A stretch of DNA of 64,000 nucleotides from NCBI GenBank assembly GCA_040219255.1, contig JAVJSW010000039.1, positions 64,001-128,000 of the forward strand, given 5' to 3'. Origin of the DNA: Sumerlaeia bacterium (GTDB lineage Bacteria > Sumerlaeota > Sumerlaeia > SLMS01 > JAHLLQ01). Below are positions 55,581 to 64,000 of the stretch, piece by piece (position 1 is the first letter of the stretch; each line of letters starts with the position of its first letter). Position numbers and translations under genes: made by a program. The notes below the pieces were generated by a model. That model was given only the letters and a program-made list of their open reading frames with translations, did not search any database and was not told the DNA's origin.

Positions 55581-56351
55581 TCAGGGAGCGGCTTGGGCGC
55601 CAGGGCCTTGCGCCTCCCCATCCCCCCGCGCGGCGACGCGCTGTTCGCGCGAGACCTTTACGCACATGCGGTAGCCGGCGTAGATGAAGAGGATGCCGAT
55701 GAGTTCGGTGACGTAGAGAATTTCGACGTGGCCGTAGCGGGCGAAGCTGCCGCCGATGCCGGGGAGGAGGGCTCCGAAGGCGATGAGGCCGTTGCCCTGG
55801 GCGAGGGCGGCGGGGGCTTTGACGCGCAGGTAGCGCAGGGCGCTGTAGACCGCGCCGCCGATCAGGAACAGGGCGGCGTAGAGATTGACGAAGGGCACCA
55901 TGATCTTGAGCCAGCGCCAGGTGAGGACGGCTCCGGTGGGGCGGTGGGGCTCCATCATCGAGAGGTCCACGGGGGATAGGAAGGAGCCGATGACGCCAAC
56001 GATGACGAAGGGCAGGGAGATGGCCGTGAGAATGTGGGCGGTCCGGCGGCGAAAGAGGAGGTAGACGCTGCCCTGGGCCAGGGGATAGCCGCCGAGGTAG
56101 GCTCCGAAGGCGTACCAGGCTTTGGTGAGGAGGGGGGTGTTGCTGAAGACGGTGACGGTGCTTTCGACGGCGGTGCCGATACCGTAGGCGGCAACGCCGG
56201 CGCACCACCAGAGGAGGTGGAGGCCGCCGCCCTTTTCGCTGTATCGCCGGGCAAGGACGATGAAAAAGAAGATGGAAAAGAGGGTGGTGAGGATGGGGAG
56301 GTAATGCACCCACTGCACCAGTTCGGCGTGGGAGGCGGTTTCCGTATTCAT
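55581..56351 (-). CDS. Hypothetical ~7-TM membrane protein
   Basis: Seven hydrophobic helices; HLLWW.AG, WY.FGA...PLAQGSVYLL, N.LIA.GA.LPGIGG, LY.TEL.G. Confidence 0.8.
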   Translation of the reverse strand: MNTETASHAELVQWVHYLPILTTLFSIFFFIVLARRYSEKGGGLHLLWWCAGVAAYGIGTAVESTVTVFSNTPLLTKAWYAFGAYLGGYPLAQGSVYLLFRRRTAHILTAISLPFVIVGVIGSFLSPVDLSMMEPHRPTGAVLTWRWLKIMVPFVNLYAALFLIGGAVYSALRYLRVKAPAALAQGNGLIAFGALLPGIGGSFARYGHVEILYVTELIGILFIYAGYRMCVKVSREQRVAARGDGEAQGPGAQAAP

Positions 56352-56425
56352 GAAGAGGCCTGGTCGTGGAGATGGAATTGTCGCGCCCGGCGGATGAAAA
56401 AAAGGGCGCGAAGAGGTCTATGACC

Positions 56426-57511
56426 TCAGCCCTCCGATTTTTTTTCCACGAGGGTGCGGATTTTTCCCCAGAGGCCGGGCAGTTTCCGTTCGATGACGGC
56501 CATCTTGCGCCACAGGGCGATGTCCATGGCGGGGGTGCCGCCCCATTGGGACATGGGGGGCGCTTCGCCGCCCGGGAAGCCGGTTTGGGCGGCCATTTTC
56601 ACGCCATCGCCGATGAGGGCGTTGTCGGCGATGCCGACCTGACCGGCGAGGATGACGCCACGGCCGATCCTGGCGGAGCCGGCGATGCCGACTTGGGCGA
56701 CGATGACGCAGTCGCTGCCGATGGTGACATTGTGAGCGATATGGACCAAGTTGTCGATTTTTGTGCGGGCGCCGATGCGGGTCTCGGAGAAGCTCGCCCG
56801 GTCGATGGTGCAGTTCGCTCCGATTTCGACGTCGTCCTCGATGACGACGGAGCCGACTTGCGGGATTTTGGTGAAGCGCCCGCCGACCATCTCGTACTTG
56901 AAGCCATCGGCTCCGGTGACGGTGCCGCTGTGGATGCGGACGCGGCGGCCGAGGCGGGTGCCATGGCCGAGCGTGACGCGGGGATTGAGGACGCAGTCAT
57001 CGCCGATGAGGGATTCTTCGCCGATGACGCAATGGGACTCGAGGCGGACGCGGTCGCCGATGCGGACGTTGTCTTTGATGACGCAGTAGGGGCCGACGGT
57101 GACGCCTTCGCCGAGGGTGGCGCTGGGGGCCACGACGGCTGTGGGGTGGACGAAGTCGCGGGGGGCGGGTTCGGGATGAAAATGGTGCAGGAGGATCAGG
57201 ACGCCGGCCCAGACATCGGGGAGGGGAAGAAAGCGGGGGTCGGCGCCGTCGTCCATCTTGGCGGGGACGAGAATGACGGAGGCCTGGGATTGGACGGCCT
57301 GGTCGCGCAATTTGGCGCGGATCAGGAAGGAGGCCTGGCCCTCTTGCGCCTCGGCCAGAGTGGTCACGCCAGTGATCGGGGCGTCTGGCAAAGCCGCTGG
57401 CTTGACCACTTCGAGGAGGCGGCAGAGCTGGGAGACGGTCAGCGGGGAAGCGGATTCGGAGAGGATGGAAGCGTCCATGATGGGCTCAGGTTGAAGGGTC
57501 TGGGGCGACAT
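56426..57511 (-). CDS. lpxD: UDP-3-O-(3-hydroxyacyl)glucosamine N-acyltransferase
   Basis: Hexapeptide repeats, GADGF, KIPQVG.V.IEDDVEIGAN.TIDR, KIDNLVHIAHNV.IG, AQVGIAGS. Confidence 0.94.
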   Translation of the reverse strand: MSPQTLQPEPIMDASILSESASPLTVSQLCRLLEVVKPAALPDAPITGVTTLAEAQEGQASFLIRAKLRDQAVQSQASVILVPAKMDDGADPRFLPLPDVWAGVLILLHHFHPEPAPRDFVHPTAVVAPSATLGEGVTVGPYCVIKDNVRIGDRVRLESHCVIGEESLIGDDCVLNPRVTLGHGTRLGRRVRIHSGTVTGADGFKYEMVGGRFTKIPQVGSVVIEDDVEIGANCTIDRASFSETRIGARTKIDNLVHIAHNVTIGSDCVIVAQVGIAGSARIGRGVILAGQVGIADNALIGDGVKMAAQTGFPGGEAPPMSQWGGTPAMDIALWRKMAVIERKLPGLWGKIRTLVEKKSEG

Positions 57512-57584
57512 GGCAAAAGAAATCCGATGCGGGGGCAAGTGGGACCGACCGGCGAAAACCCGATCCGCGGTTGGCCCAACGCCA

Positions 57585-58583
57585 TCACATCCGGGGCGAG
57601 CGCAACACGATCAAGGCAATTTCGGGGCGGCAGTTCCAGCGAAAGTGGAGCGCCGAGGTTCCGACGCCGCGGCTGATGTAGACGAGCGTGTGGGGCCCGC
57701 GAACGAGGCCGGAGACGTACTTGTCGGTGCCATCGCTGAGGAGGCGGATGGCTTTATTGAAGACCCGGATTTGACCGCCGTGGGTGTGGCCGGAGAGCTG
57801 AAGGGCGACTCCCAGGTGTTCGGGGAGGATTTCGGCGGTTTGGGGATTGTGGGAGAGGAGCAGGCGGGGGGCTTGGCGGAAATCGGGGGCGCCATGGAAG
57901 GTTTCGTGGGGGCGGACGGTGCCTTCCCACATGTCGCCGACGCCGCCGATGGTCAGGCGCGCGTCCGGGTCCGGGGGACAGTGGGTCCCGTGGCCGGGCA
58001 GGTGGCAGCGGGCGGGACGGATGACGACGTGCTCGTTTTCGAGCAGCCGGATGCCGGCGTCCTCGCAGAGCATGCGCATGTGGTCGAGACCGGTGCCGTA
58101 ATCGTGATTGCCGCGCGTGGCCAGCAAACCGTCGGGGGCGCTCAAGAGCGAGAGGGAGTCGAGGCATCCCGGCAGGCGCGCCGGATTGTGGGTGACGAAG
58201 TCGCCGGTGATGGCGATGAGGTCGCCATCGAGGGCGTTGGCCTTTTCGACGATGCGGGCCAGGAAGCCACGCCCGGCGATGACATTGTGGTGAATGTCGG
58301 TGAGGTGGACGATGCGATAGCCATCGAGGCAGGGGGCGAGGTTGGGGACGTCGATTTCCAGCATAGTGGTTTCGATGAAGCGAGGCTCGACGAAGGCGGC
58401 GTAGCCGACGCCGCCGCTGACGCCCTTGAGGGCGCGATGGACGCCCTGGCGCAGGGCGTGGCGGCCGGCGGTCTGGAACCGGACGCGGGCGACGAAATCG
58501 TAGGCGGCACGGCGGAAGGGGGAAGCCTGGAAGGGAAGGTTTTTTTTGGAAGGAACAGCGGGATGGGGCCGTTGGGCGCTCAT
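57585..58583 (-). CDS. Calcineurin-like metallophosphoesterase (YkuE-like)
   Basis: HLTDIH, TGDF, GNHD, LSHNP, SGHTHGGQ, SRGVG...R.NC.PEI. Confidence 0.9.
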   Translation of the reverse strand: MSAQRPHPAVPSKKNLPFQASPFRRAAYDFVARVRFQTAGRHALRQGVHRALKGVSGGVGYAAFVEPRFIETTMLEIDVPNLAPCLDGYRIVHLTDIHHNVIAGRGFLARIVEKANALDGDLIAITGDFVTHNPARLPGCLDSLSLLSAPDGLLATRGNHDYGTGLDHMRMLCEDAGIRLLENEHVVIRPARCHLPGHGTHCPPDPDARLTIGGVGDMWEGTVRPHETFHGAPDFRQAPRLLLSHNPQTAEILPEHLGVALQLSGHTHGGQIRVFNKAIRLLSDGTDKYVSGLVRGPHTLVYISRGVGTSALHFRWNCRPEIALIVLRSPRM

Positions 58584-58638
58584 AGGCGGTTGCCGGAGGG
58601 GGTGTTCAGAGGGGGTTGCGAGATGGGGGTTCGGAGGG

Positions 58639-59106
58639 TCACTCCGGGTCGCGGGCGAAGGAGTCGCCGGACTGCTGGGTTTCAATCTTCAACACCATGT
58701 GGCGCAAGGCCCGGGCCGTATCCGCGTCCATGATGTTGAGGAGCAGGCCAATGGAGCACTCGCCGCGCTCGGAGAAGTTCTGGTCGTTGCGTGAGAACTT
58801 GATCCAGACGACTTCGCCGGGAAGCTCAAGGGATGCGAGGGGGGCGCCTTGCTGGGTGGGGAGGCTGATGACGGCGTTGAGGTATTCGCCTTTGCGGATC
58901 GTTTCTTCCCAGAGGATGTAGCGGGTTTCGGGAAAATCGGAGAGGATGACTTTAACGCCGTGCTCGGTGAGGTTCTCGGTTTCGCCATGGAGGGGCTTGG
59001 TGAGCATGGCCCATGCGGGAGACTTGATTTCCAGACCGCAGCCGGAGACGAAGCCGAAGCGCTGCTCGCGTCGCCGGTTGGGGACAGAAGGCGTTTCCGA
59101 TATCAT
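58639..59106 (-). CDS. PilZ domain protein
   Basis: RRREQRF and ENLTEHG motifs, GEVVW, IGL. Confidence 0.7.
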   Translation of the reverse strand: MISETPSVPNRRREQRFGFVSGCGLEIKSPAWAMLTKPLHGETENLTEHGVKVILSDFPETRYILWEETIRKGEYLNAVISLPTQQGAPLASLELPGEVVWIKFSRNDQNFSERGECSIGLLLNIMDADTARALRHMVLKIETQQSGDSFARDPE

Positions 59107-60260
59107 CCGGGGTCATCCACATTTCCGCCGCCAGCGGCGGCTTTTTCTCGCGGATCGCGGTCCTGGGTGGCGGACGGCATGGTGGCCGGCGATCGGCGCT
59201 GGCCTTCGGTCCCCGGCGCCGGAAGTTCGGCGGGGTGCCCAGGGGCCGCCGCGAACAGATACGTGTCGAAGACGCGATTGTAGGCGGTCCATGTCTCGGC
59301 GCGGCCGCGGGCTTCGGCCGTCGATTCGTCGAAGCTCGTCAGGAAGGCGTCGCTGTAATCGGCGTAATGCAGGATCAGTGCCTCTTTGGTTTTGGGAATG
59401 ACGGGGCTGCCGAATTCCATTTTACCGTGGTGGCTGAGGATGAGGTGGAGGATGTGGCTGCGGTAGAGTTCGGGGAAGCCATCGAGTTTGAGGATGGCCT
59501 GCTCGACCATGGAGGCGCCCATGAAGATGTGCCCGAGGAGGCGGCCGTCGTCGGTGTAGGAGATGGTGCGGCGCCATTCGTACTCGCGCACCTTGCCGAT
59601 GTCGTGAAGAAGGCCCGCGGTGATGAGCAGGTCGCGATCATAGGGCTGATAGCGTTCGGCGAGTTTGAGGGCGTTGGTGACGACGTTGAGGGTGTGTTCG
59701 AGGAGGCCGCCGAGGAAAGCCTGATGGACGCGGGCGGCGGCGGGGGCGGTGCAGAAGAGTTCGCGCAGGCGTTTGTGCTGGAAGAAGCGTTCGAGGAGAC
59801 GGCGGCAGTCGGGCTGGGTGACGCTTTCGATGAGGGCGTCGAGTTCGGCCTCCATTTCGGGGCGGGAGCGGCGGCTGCTGGCGAGGAATTCGCCGACGTC
59901 GACGTCTTCGTCGTTCATGCGCGAGATGAACTTCACGGTCACCTGAAGGCCACCGTTGAACTCGGCGACCTGTCCGTCGACGAAGACGATGTCTTCGGCT
60001 TTCACGCGGCCTTCGCGGAGGGCGTCGTGGCGGTCCCACATGACGGCGGCGACGGAGCCGCTGGCGTCGGCGAGGCGCATGAGGAAGTAGGGGTCGCCGT
60101 TTTTCTTCTGGCGCTGGTCGCAGACCGCCAGCAGGTAAGTGGATTCGATGCGCTGGCCTTCCTTGAGTTCGGCGCAGGGAATACGGGGGGAGCTGGTGGG
60201 GGCGGAGGAAGCGCCATTGGGGGTCGAGGCGTCTTCCGCCGCGGGGGTGGCCTTTTGCAT
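59103..60260 (-). CDS. yhaM: YhaM/Cbf1-family 3'-5' exoribonuclease (OB-fold + HD)
   Basis: KNGDPY..M.L.D.SG, PAA..VHQA..GGLLEHT, LLHDIGKV.EY, GHI, HLILSHHG..EFGSP..P.T.EA..LH.AD. Confidence 0.9.
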   Translation of the reverse strand: MQKATPAAEDASTPNGASSAPTSSPRIPCAELKEGQRIESTYLLAVCDQRQKKNGDPYFLMRLADASGSVAAVMWDRHDALREGRVKAEDIVFVDGQVAEFNGGLQVTVKFISRMNDEDVDVGEFLASSRRSRPEMEAELDALIESVTQPDCRRLLERFFQHKRLRELFCTAPAAARVHQAFLGGLLEHTLNVVTNALKLAERYQPYDRDLLITAGLLHDIGKVREYEWRRTISYTDDGRLLGHIFMGASMVEQAILKLDGFPELYRSHILHLILSHHGKMEFGSPVIPKTKEALILHYADYSDAFLTSFDESTAEARGRAETWTAYNRVFDTYLFAAAPGHPAELPAPGTEGQRRSPATMPSATQDRDPREKAAAGGGNVDDPG

Positions 60261-60660
60261 GAACGGTCATTCCTTGTGAGAGCCGGGGGCCGGGGAGATT
60301 GCTCCGGCACCAGAGCGTCCGGGAATTGAAGCGAAGTGCCCCCCGGCCCGTCAACCGTCAACGGGCGGGAAAGGGGCGGGGGTCTTGTTTTCGCGAAAAT
60401 AAAAGGGACGAGGAAAATATTGGCGCTATTGATTCTTTTCTCATTTCGCAACAGCTAAACGAAAATCTTTCGTTGCTTATACAAGCAGAAGTCACTAAGG
60501 TCTCAGAACAAGCGGGAAGAGCGTTGTCGACAAGCTCTCCGGTGCGTGGGAGAAAATCGAGGCGACAAATTGAATCTGGTTTCCCGCGCTCCAAAAGTCG
60601 AATACGAATTCCCGGATTTTTTTCATTTTGAGACGATATTGACGGAGGTCTTCTTGAGCG

Positions 60661-61152
60661 ATGGATCAACTCGATAAGGACATTCTGAACCTTCTGCGGG
60701 ACAACGCCCGCCTCTCGAACGCGGAAATTTCGCGCCGGGTCGGCCGCGCCCCATCGGTCATTTTCGAGCGGTTGCGCCGTCTCGAAGGGAGCGTGATCCG
60801 CCGGTACTACGCGGACATCGACCCCAAAGCGGTGGACCGCTCGACCCTCGGTTTCTTGTTGGTGCGGGCCCGCGCGGGGGAGGACATCGAGGCCCTGGGC
60901 CAGCGTCTCGCCGCCTCGCCGGAAGTCCTGGAAGCGCATTACGTCGCCGGGGAAGACGGGTTCCTCCTCAAGGTGAGCAGCCGCGATTGCGACGATTTGC
61001 TCCGCGTCGTTCAATCGGTCCTTGGGGATCACGAGGGTGTCCGGGAAGTCCGCACCCTGGTGGCCTTGCGGAGCTTCAAGCAGTGCGCGCCGCTGCCCCT
61101 CGACGGGGTGGCGGTGGAGGACTGCGCCGCCGTGGCCGCCGAGTCTTCCTGA
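60661..61152 (+). CDS. Lrp/AsnC family transcriptional regulator
   Basis: MDQLD..IL..L..NAR.SNAEI...VG, ERLRRLE, EV.EAH.VAG. GGAGG SD upstream. Confidence 0.92.
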   Translation: MDQLDKDILNLLRDNARLSNAEISRRVGRAPSVIFERLRRLEGSVIRRYYADIDPKAVDRSTLGFLLVRARAGEDIEALGQRLAASPEVLEAHYVAGEDGFLLKVSSRDCDDLLRVVQSVLGDHEGVREVRTLVALRSFKQCAPLPLDGVAVEDCAAVAAESS

Positions 61153-61247
61153 CCTGTCCTTCCCCGTTGCCCTTTCCCTCCTCTCGTGGCAGGCGTGGGT
61201 TTCCCCTGGAATCGCCACCGGACCCCGAGAGGAGATCGCCACCCGCC

Positions 61248-63059
61248 ATGATCCCGACCGCTTTGAGAACTCTGCTGGCCTGCTGGTTGGCGCTCATCGG
61301 CTTCGCCGCGCTTTGTGGGCCCGAAGGCGCTGGGGCCCAACCGCCGGACGGCGGCGAGGGCGAACAGCCGCGCCTGCGCGTCGAGGGTTTGGTTTCCGGA
61401 CCGGAAGGCCCGGCCGCCGGTGTGCGCGTGCTCCTCGAATTGTCCGACATGCGCATCCGGCGCCAGGTGGCGTTTCTGGAAACCGTGTCGGACGATACGG
61501 GGCGCTTCCGTTTCGATTTGAGCGAGCACGACATGCCGGTGTTCGGGTTGCAGTTCAACACGGTCTCGCCGCGATTCCAGGAGAGCCTGGAGATTATCGA
61601 AGCGAGCCGGGCGGAAATGCCCGTGCGGGTCGAGTTGGCGGTGCAGCCGGGCGCGGTGGCCCAGGGCATCGTAACGGACTCGGAAGGCACGCCGCTGGAA
61701 GGCGTGGAGATTACGTCCTGGGCCGGAGTCCGCCCGCAAGTCAGCGATGAGAAGGGCGAGTGGGAGGTTTTCGGGCTGGCGATGGGACGCAACCAGTTGA
61801 CGTTTCGCAAGGAAGGTTTCGCGGACGAGTTTCTGAACGTGGCGCCGGAAGGCCCGGTGACGGTGAGCGGCCTGGAAGTGGTGATGCAGAGCGCGCGCTC
61901 GCTGAGGGGCCGGGTGGTCGATCAGTCGGGTGAGGGCGTTCCCCGGGCCACGGCGCTGCTGCGCTTTCCCGGCCGGTTCCAGCAGACGGCCGGGGACGAA
62001 TCCGGGCTGTTCGTCTTTAAAGCGGTGCCGAAGGACGTGACCGGGGGCGAGTTGCACCTGGAGGCGAAGGGGTTTCTGCCGACGACGCATGAAATTTCGG
62101 AAGCGGACGTCTCCACGGAGGGAGAAGCGGAGAGTGAGGAAGCGAGGACTTACGCGATCGACAATGGTGTGTTCGTGCGGGGTCATGTGAGGCTACCGGA
62201 TGGCAAGCCGGCCCCCGGCTCGATCGTGATCGCCGGGGAGCAGGGCGGTCCGCTGGCGCCGCGGTCGATGGTGCGGCAAGACGGCCAGTGGGAGCTGGGT
62301 CCGTTTCCGCCGGGCGAGGAGGTGGCGTTCACCGCGCTGCCGCCGAATCCCGTGGAGATCCGCACGGCGGCCGACGTTTACCTGGAGGACGCGCCCGGAC
62401 GGGGGCGATATGTGGGGGGTGTGGATTATTGGCCGGCGGGTTTCGCCAGCGATTTCACCGCGACTCTCGCCAACGGCAAGGTGGAGATGCGCCGGCGCGA
62501 CAAGGGCGAACGGGGCTTTGGCGCGGAAGTGGTGTACCGCGCGGACTGGGATGGCGCAGGGAACGAAATCAAGGGCGAGGTGGAGGTCGTGGGCATGCGC
62601 CAGAGCGGCACGTTTTCGATGCGGCGGCGCTATGGCGGAGCCGGCGGGCCGCTGGCGGGGGAATGGGAAATCCGCGAGTTCATCGATCCCTCCAGGCTCA
62701 ACGTGGCGCCGGTGCGCAAGAGCTTGGCCCTGCCGATCATTACGGGGACGACGGCGCTCGATCTGGCGCTCGTGCCGTCGCGGACGTTGAGCGGTCAGGT
62801 GGTTAAGGAAAACGAGCGGCCCTTTCTGGATGGCGAAGTGCTCATCCTGGACTGGAACGGGTCTCGGGTCTTCCAGCCGCGGGCGGAGATCGGAATCGCC
62901 GGGCGGTTTTCCTTCGACCGCGTGCCGGACGGGGTTTTTCGTCTGATCGCCCGCAGCGGCGACGGCCAGGACAGCGTGGGGCCGGTGCTGGCGCGCGGGG
63001 GCGCCGAGGGACTGGTGCTGTCTCCCGAGATGAGCCGCGAGGATCCGATGGATGACTGA
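61248..63059 (+). CDS. Secreted protein with carboxypeptidase-regulatory-like (transthyretin-like) domains
   Basis: Signal peptide; repeated G.V.D..G.P..G..V....SD..G.F modules. Confidence 0.75.
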   Translation: MIPTALRTLLACWLALIGFAALCGPEGAGAQPPDGGEGEQPRLRVEGLVSGPEGPAAGVRVLLELSDMRIRRQVAFLETVSDDTGRFRFDLSEHDMPVFGLQFNTVSPRFQESLEIIEASRAEMPVRVELAVQPGAVAQGIVTDSEGTPLEGVEITSWAGVRPQVSDEKGEWEVFGLAMGRNQLTFRKEGFADEFLNVAPEGPVTVSGLEVVMQSARSLRGRVVDQSGEGVPRATALLRFPGRFQQTAGDESGLFVFKAVPKDVTGGELHLEAKGFLPTTHEISEADVSTEGEAESEEARTYAIDNGVFVRGHVRLPDGKPAPGSIVIAGEQGGPLAPRSMVRQDGQWELGPFPPGEEVAFTALPPNPVEIRTAADVYLEDAPGRGRYVGGVDYWPAGFASDFTATLANGKVEMRRRDKGERGFGAEVVYRADWDGAGNEIKGEVEVVGMRQSGTFSMRRRYGGAGGPLAGEWEIREFIDPSRLNVAPVRKSLALPIITGTTALDLALVPSRTLSGQVVKENERPFLDGEVLILDWNGSRVFQPRAEIGIAGRFSFDRVPDGVFRLIARSGDGQDSVGPVLARGGAEGLVLSPEMSREDPMDD

Positions 63060-63849
63060 TCGGCATCCCCGGCTCTTCGGTGTGCCGTTGGCAGCGGTGA
63101 CGACGGACGAGTTCATCGACCGGATGGCGGCGTGGGCGGGGGAGGAAGTGGTGGGCGCCCCGCGAGTGGTGACTTATTTGAACGCCCACACGGCGAATCT
63201 GGCGGCGGAGGATCCGGAGTTCCGGGCGCTGCTGGAGCGCTCGGCGTTGACCTATGCGGATGGCATGGCGGTGGTGCGGGCGTGCCGCCGATTGGGCACT
63301 CCGCTGCCAGAGCGGGTGAACGCGGGGGATTTTCTGGAACGTTTTCTCTGGCGCATGAAACGCGACGATGTGCCAGTTGGCCTCCTGGGTTGCGGGAGGC
63401 CGGTGGTGGAGGCTTGCGCCAGTCGGCTCGAGGCCGCGGTGCCGGGCCTGCGGTTCGCTTGTGTGGAAAGCGGGCATTTCGCTCTTGGCGGGGAAGAGGA
63501 ACGGGTTCTGCTTCAACGGATTCGAGACGGCCAGCCCGCCGTTTTGCTCACCGGTATGGGCAGCCCGCGGCAGGAGCGATGGGCTTTCGCGAGGGGCGCG
63601 GAGACGGGCGCCCGGGTTGTGTGGTGCGTGGGGGCGCTGTGCGAGTACTTCAGCGGACTGCGGCCGAGAGCTCCGGTGTGGATGCGGCAGGCCGGATTGG
63701 AATGGGCATTTCGGCTTGGTTGCGAGCCGCGGCGCATGGCGCGGCGTTATCTTTGGGGGAACGGGGCCTTTCTTTTGCGGTTGAATCAGGAGAGAAGGCG
63801 GCAAAGCGATTCGAATTCGCGCGAAAGAGATTGCCCACATCAGGGTTGA
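63052..63849 (+). CDS. WecB/TagA/CpsF family glycosyltransferase (GT26)
   Basis: YLNAH, YADGM, ERVNAGDF, GMGSPRQE, VGAL, RAP.WM...GLEW.FRL..EPRRM.RRY..GN. Confidence 0.92.
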   Translation: MTDRHPRLFGVPLAAVTTDEFIDRMAAWAGEEVVGAPRVVTYLNAHTANLAAEDPEFRALLERSALTYADGMAVVRACRRLGTPLPERVNAGDFLERFLWRMKRDDVPVGLLGCGRPVVEACASRLEAAVPGLRFACVESGHFALGGEEERVLLQRIRDGQPAVLLTGMGSPRQERWAFARGAETGARVVWCVGALCEYFSGLRPRAPVWMRQAGLEWAFRLGCEPRRMARRYLWGNGAFLLRLNQERRRQSDSNSRERDCPHQG

Positions 63850-63922
63850 TCCGCGTATAACGGACATCAGCGATGAGCACCTTTTCCGAAATCGATCCGA
63901 CCTTTCCCGAGGGAGCATAGTG

Positions 63923-64000
63923 ATGAGCGAAACCGCTGCGACCGACCTTCCGCGCGTCCTCATCGTGGAGCCAGAAGAGGCCTTGCGAGCGGCTCTGGCC
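63923..64000 (+). CDS. Probable receiver-domain protein (3'-truncated)
   Basis: GAGGGAG SD, then MSETAATDLPRVLIVEPEEALRAALA, resembling the REC beta1-alpha1 start. Confidence 0.5.
   Translation, partial: MSETAATDLPRVLIVEPEEALRAALA

Noticed and set aside
60282-60347. GC-rich nested hairpin upstream of yhaM as a riboswitch
   Set aside because: Imperfect G/C-run pairing is expected by chance at this GC content, and no known aptamer motif was recognised.

Overview
GC-rich bacterial chromosomal window. lpxD points to a diderm, and mqnP to the futalosine menaquinone route. The style of the secreted proteins (dockerin-like tails, cohesins, a ...W-x-L-R terminus) tentatively suggests Candidatus Sumerlaeota/BRC1 or a related lineage; this is an inference. 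About 42 CDSs and one tRNA-Ala(GGC) are supportable. Scattered housekeeping genes (gyrA, miaA, ruvA, prmA, prmC, lpxD, copA, msrAB, yhaM) are interleaved with several very large secreted modular proteins. The leading candidate for an undescribed system is a translationally coupled gene pair at 20122-29303: a secreted protein of five PPC-like domains plus a complete dockerin, followed by a 2368-aa secreted protein with three cohesin-like modules and a legumain/caspase-fold domain whose catalytic Cys is replaced by Ser. This looks like a non-cellulolytic, cellulosome-like scaffold; two further proteins in the window carry half-dockerin tails, one of them a CxxCH heme protein. Other highlights are a GlnD with an eroded uridylyltransferase motif but intact HD domain, a ~2140-aa adhesin with five copies of an unrecognised Cys-bracketed domain, two copies of a CACAGAG-armed miniature element with unrelated cores, a GTRG REP doublet, two convergent sulfotransferases that end in the same GYSE* on one palindrome, and a degenerate DUF3883-like nuclease beside the tRNA. 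All family assignments come from motif recognition by eye; no searches were run.
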